Shown here: in pieces, positions 58,761 to 64,000 of the stretch
Numbering within the stretch: the stretch's first letter is position 1
Layout of the letters: each line of letters begins with the position of its first letter
NCBI GenBank assembly: GCA_032718475.1
Contig: JAUCBJ010007822.1
Location: 1 to 64,000, forward strand
Length of the DNA stretch: 64,000 nucleotides
From: Nemertoderma westbladi
Lineage: Eukaryota > Animalia > Xenacoelomorpha
Reading direction: 5' to 3'
The notes under the pieces: generated by a model
The model's database searches: none
What the model was told of the DNA's origin: nothing
Seen by the model: only the letters and a program-made list of their open reading frames with translations
Made by a program: the position numbers and the translations under genes

Positions 58761-61700
58761 GTGTCAGTTAGTTGTGAGTGAAGCCTCATAGATTGGGGTA
58801 GGAACGGAACAGGTTGGGAGTGTCAGTTAGTTGTGAGTGAAGCCTCATAGATTGGGGTAGGAACAGGTTGGGAGTGTCAGTTAGTTGTGAGTGAAGCCTC
58901 ATAGATTGCGGTAGGAACGGAACAGGTTGGGAGTGTCAGTTAGTTGTGAGTGAAGTCTCATAGATTGGTGTAGGAACGGAACAGGTTGGGAGTGCCAGTT
59001 AGTTGTGAGTGAAGCCTCATAGATTGCGGTAGGAACGGAACAGGTTGGGAGTGTCAGTTAGTTGTGAGTGAAGCCTCATAGATTGCGGTAGGAACGGAAC
59101 AGGTTGGGAGTGTCAGTTAGTTGTGAGTGAAGCCTCATAGATTGCGGTAGGAACGGAACAGGTTGGGAGTGTCAGTTAGTTGTGAGTGAAGTCTCATAGA
59201 TTGGTGTAGGAACGGAACAGGTTGGGAGTGCCAGTTAGTTGTGAGTGAAGCCTCATAGATTGCGGTAGGAACGGAACAGGTTGGGAGTGTCAGTTAGTTG
59301 TGAGTGAAGCCTCATAGATTGCGGTAGGAACGGAACAGGTTGGGAGTGTCAGTTAGTTGTGAGTGAAGCCTCATAGATTGGGGTAGGAACAGGTTGGGAG
59401 TGTCAGTTAGTTGTGAGTGAAGCCTCATAGATTGGGGTAGGAACGGAACAGGTTGGGAGTGTCAGTTAGTTGTGAGTGAAGCCTCATAGATTGCGGTAGG
59501 AACGGAACAGGTTGGGAGTGTCAGTTAGTTGTGAGTGAAGCCTCATAGATTGCGGTAGGAACGGAACAGGTTGGGAGTGTCAGTTAGTTGTGAGTGAAGT
59601 CTCATAGATTGGTGTAGGAACGGAACAGGTTGGGAGTGTCAGTTAGTTGTGAGTGAAGCCTCATAGATTGGTGTAGGAACGGAACAGGTTGGGAGTGTCA
59701 GTTAGTTGTGAGTGAAGCCTCATAGATTGGGGTAGGAACGGAACAGGTTGGGAGTGTCAGTTAGTTGTGAGTGAAGCCTCATAGATTGGGGTAGGAACAG
59801 GTTGGGAGTGTCAGTTAGTTGTGAGTGAAGCCTCATAGATTGCGGTAGGAACGGAACAGGTTGGGAGTGTCAGTTAGTTGTGAGTGAAGCCTCATAGATT
59901 GCGGTAGGAACGGAACTGGTTGGGAGTGTCAGTTAGTTGTGAGTGAAGCCTCATAGATTGCGGTAGGAACAGGTTGGGAGTGTCAGTTAGTTGTGAGTGA
60001 AGCCTTATAGATTGGGGTAGGAACAGGTTGGGAGTGTCAGTTAGTTGTGAGTGAAGCCTCATAGATTGCGGTAGGAACGGAACGGTTGGGAGTGTCAGTT
60101 AGTTGTGAGTGAAGCCTCATAGATTGCGGTAGGAACAGGTTGGGAGTGTCAGTTAGTTGTGAGTGAAGCCTCATAGATTGGGGTAGGAACGGAACAGGTT
60201 GGGAGTGTCAGTTAGTTGTGAGTGAAGCCTCATAGATTGGGGTAGGAACAGGTTGGGAGTGTCAGTTAGTTGTGAGTGAAGCCTCATAGATTGGGGTAGG
60301 AACGGAGCAGGTTGGGAGTGTCAGTTAGTTGTGAGTGAAGCCTCATAGATTGCGGTAGGAACAGGTTGGGAGTGTCAGTTAGTTGTGAGTGAAGCCTCAT
60401 AGATTGGGGTAGGAACGGAGCAGGTTGGGAGTGTCAGTTAGTTGTGAGTGAAGCCTCATAGATTGCGGTAGGAACAGGTTGGGAGTGTCAGTTAGTTGTG
60501 AGTGAAGCCTCATAGATTGCGGTAGGAACAGGTTGGGAGTGTCAGTTAGTTGTGAGTGAAGCCTCATAGATTGGGATAGGAACAGGTTGGGAGTGTCAGT
60601 TAGTTGTGAGTGAAGTCTTATAGATTGGGGTAGGAACAGGTTGGGAGTGTCAGTTAGTTGTGAGTGAAGCCTCATAGATTGCGGTAGGAACGGAACTGGT
60701 TGGGAGTGTCAGTTAGTTGTGAGTGAAGCCTCATAGATTGGGTAGGAACAGGTTGGGAGTGTCAGTTAGTTGTGAGTGAAGCCTCATAGATTGGGGTAGG
60801 AACAGGTTGGGAGTGTCAGTTAGTTGTGAGTGAAGCCTCATAGATTGCGGTAGGAACGGAACTGGTTGGGAGTGTCAGTTAGTTGTGAGTGAAGCCTCAT
60901 AGATTGCGGTAGGAACAGGTTGGGAGTGTCAGTTAGTTGTGAGTGAAGCCTTATAGATTGGGGTAGGAACAGGTTGGGAGTGTCAGTTAGTTGTGAGTGA
61001 AGCCTCATAGATTGGGGTAGGAACGGAGCAGGTTGGGAGTGTCAGTTAGTTGTGAGTGAAGCCTCATAGATTGGGGTAAGGAACAGGTTGGGAGTGTCAG
61101 TTAGTTGTGAGTGAAGCCTCATAGATTGGGGTAGGAACAGGTTGGGAGTGTCAGTTAGTTGTGAGTGAAGCCTCATAGATTGGGGTAGGAACAGGTTGGG
61201 AGTGTCAGTTAGTTGTGAGTGAAGCCTCATAGATTGGGGTAGGAACGGACAGGTTGGGAGTGTCAGTTAGTTGTGAGTGAAGCCTCATAGATTGGGGTAG
61301 GAACGGAACAGGTTGGGAGTGTCAGTTAGTTGTGAGTGAAGCCTCATAGATTGCGGTAGGAACGGACAGGTTGGGAGTGTCAGTTAGTTGTGAGTGAAGC
61401 CTCATAGATTGGGGTAGGAACGGACAGGTTGGGAGTGTCAGTTAGTTGTGAGTGAAGCCTCATAGATTGCGGTAGGAACGGAACAGGTTGGGAGTGTCAG
61501 TTAGTTGTGAGTGAAGCCTCATAGATTGGGGTAGGAACGGACAGGTTGGGAGTGTCAGTTAGTTGTGAGTGAAGCCTCATAGATTGGGGTAGGAACGGAA
61601 CAGGTTGGGAGTGTCAGTTAGTTGTGAGTGAAGCCTCATAGATTGCGGTAGGAACGGAACAGGTTGGGAGTGTCAGTTAGTTGTGAGTGAAGCCTCATAG

Positions 61701-64000
61701 ATTGCGGTAGGAACGGAACAGGTTGGGAGTGTCAGTTAGTTGTGAGTGAAGCCTCATAGATTGGGGTAGGAACGGACAGGTTGGGAGTGTCAGTTAGTTG
61801 TGAGTGAAGCCTCATAGATTGGGGTAGGAACGGACAGGTTGGGAGTGTCAGTTAGTTGTGAGTGAAGCCTCATAGATTGCGGTAGGAACGGAACAGGTTG
61901 GGAGTGTCAGTTAGTTGTGAGTGAAGCCTCATAGATTGGGGTAGGAACGGAACAGGTTGGGAGTGTCAGTTAGTTGTGAGTGAAGCCTCATAGATTGGGG
62001 TAGGAACGGACAGGTTGGGAGTGTCAGTTAGTTGTGAGTGAAGCCTCATAGATTGGGGTAGGAACAGGTTGGGAGTGTCAGTTAGTTGTGAGTGAAGCCT
62101 CATAGATTGGGGTAGGAACGGACAGGTTGGGAGTGTCAGTTAGTTGTGAGTGAAGCCTCATAGATTGGGGTAGGAACGGAGCAGGTTGGGAGTGTCAGTT
62201 AGTTGTGAGTGAAGCCTCATAGATTGGGGTAGGAACAGGTTGGGAGTGTCAGTTAGTTGTGAGTGAAGCCTCATAGATTGGGGTAGGAACGGAGCAGGTT
62301 GGGAGTGTCAGTTAGTTGTGAGTGAAGCCTCATAGATTGGGGTAGGAACAGGTTGGGAGTGTCAGTTAGTTGTGAGTGAAGCCTCATAGATTGGGGTAGG
62401 AACGGAACAGGTTGGGAGTGTCAGTTAGTTGTGAGTGAAGCCTCATAGATTGGGGTGACGGAACAGGTTGGGAGTGTCAGTTAGTTGTGAGTGAAGCCTC
62501 ATAGATTGGGGTAGGAACAGGTTGGGAGTGTCAGTTAGTTGTGAGTGAAGCCTCATAGATTGGGGTAGGAACAGGTTGGGAGTGTCAGTTAGTTGTGAGT
62601 GAAGCCTCATAGATTGGGGTAGGAACGGACAGGTTGGGAGTGTCAGTTAGTTGTGAGTGAAGCCTCATAGATTGGGGTAGGAACAGGTTGGGAGTGTCAG
62701 TTAGTTGTGAGTGAAGCCTCATAGATTGGGGTAGGAACGCAGGTTGGGAGTGTCAGTTAGTTGTGAGTGAAGCCTCATAGATTGCGGTAGGAACAGGTTG
62801 GGAGTGTCAGTTAGTTGTGAGTGAAGCCTCATAGATTGCGGTAGGAACGGAACAGGTTGGGAGTGTCAGTTAGTTGTGAGTGAAGCCTCATAGATTGGGG
62901 TAGGAACGGACAGGTTGGGAGTGTCAGTTAGTTGTGAGTGAAGCCTCATAGATTGGGGTAGGAACGGAACAGGTTGGGAGTGTCAGTTAGTTGTGAGTGA
63001 AGCCTCATAGATTGCGGTAGGAACGGAACAGGTTGGGAGTGTCAGTTAGTTGTGAGTGAAGCCTCATAGATTGCGGTAGGAACGGAACAGGTTGGGAGTG
63101 TCAGTTAGTTGTGAGTGAAGCCTCATAGATTGCGGTAGGAACGGAACAGGTTGGGAGTGTCAGTTAGTTGTGAGTGAAGCCTCATAGATTGGGGTAGGAA
63201 CAGGTTGGGAGTGTCAGTTAGTTGTGAGTGAAGCCTCATAGATTGGGGTAGGAACGGAACGGTTGGGAGTGTCAGTTAGTTGTGAGTGAAGCCTCATAGA
63301 TTGGGGTAGGAACAGGTTGGGAGTGTCAGTTAGTTGTGAGTGAAGCCTCATAGATTGGGGTAGGAACAGGTTGGGAGTGTCAGTTAGTTGTGAGTGAAGC
63401 CTCATAGATTGCGGTAGGGAACAGGTTGGGAGTGTCAGTTAGTTGTGAGTGAAGCCTCATAGATTGGGGTAGGAACAGGTTGGGAGTGTCAGTTAGTTGT
63501 GAGTGAAGCCTCATAGATTGGGGTAGGAACGGAACGGTTGGGAGTGTCAGTTAGTTGTGAGTGAAGCCTCATAGATTGGGGTAGGAACGGAACAGGTTGG
63601 GAGTGTCAGTTAGTTGTGAGTGAAGCCTCATAGATTGGGGTAGGAACGGAACAGGTTGGGAGTGTCAGTTAGTTGTGAGTGAAGCCTCATAGATTGGGGT
63701 AGGAACAGGTTGGGAGTGTCAGTTAGTTGTGAGTGAAGCCTCATAGATTGGGGTAGGAACAGGTTGGGAGTGTCAGTTAGTTGTGAGTGAAGCCTCATAG
63801 ATTGGGGTAGGAACGGAACAGGTTGGGAGTGTCAGTTAGTTGTGAGTGAAGCCTCATAGATTGCGGTAGGAACGGACAGGTTGGGAGTGTCAGTTAGTTG
63901 TGAGTGAAGCCTCATAGATTGCGGTAGGAACAGGTTGGGAGTGTCAGTTAGTTGTGAGTGAAGCCTCATAGATTGCGGTAGGAACGGAACAGGTTGGGAG

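Larger units (their letters stand above)
54246..64000 (+). repeat. Satellite DNA tandem array, right arm (same family and orientation)
   Basis: The same monomer resumes in register immediately after the LTR (GGAACGGAACAGGTTGGGAG...) and runs off the right edge. Confidence 0.99.

Noticed and set aside
488-63405. Many minus-strand ORFs encoding (MRLHSQLTDTPNLFLPQS)n
   Set aside because: Arithmetic by-product: runs of 54- or 60-bp monomers stay in frame and every 59-mer breaks them. There is no unique N- or C-terminus and no sign of coding constraint.

Overview
About 59 kb of this 64 kb window is one head-to-tail eukaryotic satellite DNA array of roughly 1,000 monomers in a single orientation. 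The consensus is AGGTTGGGAGTGTCAGTTAGTTGTGAGTGAAGCCTCATAGATTGGGGTAGGAAC (54 bp), with a common 59-bp form carrying an extra GGAAC and a rare 60-bp form. The array is interrupted once, at 49272-54245, by a 4,974-bp Ty3/Gypsy LTR retrotransposon on the minus strand, most likely Mag-clade-like. It has identical 129-bp LTRs, a 5-bp GGAAC target-site duplication, a tRNA-Ser-like PBS, a PPT and one gag-pol frame (2xCCHC, PR, RT, RH, IN). Its RT catalytic motif reads IVED instead of (Y)xDD, and a single extra base splits the integrase before the catalytic E. The satellite shows nested kb-scale duplications, regional layers of variants, a variable G-tract part beside a near-invariant core, and patches that look like assembly-consensus artefacts. 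No host genes, RNA genes or CRISPR arrays are supported. All comparisons were made by eye; no alignment or database search was run.
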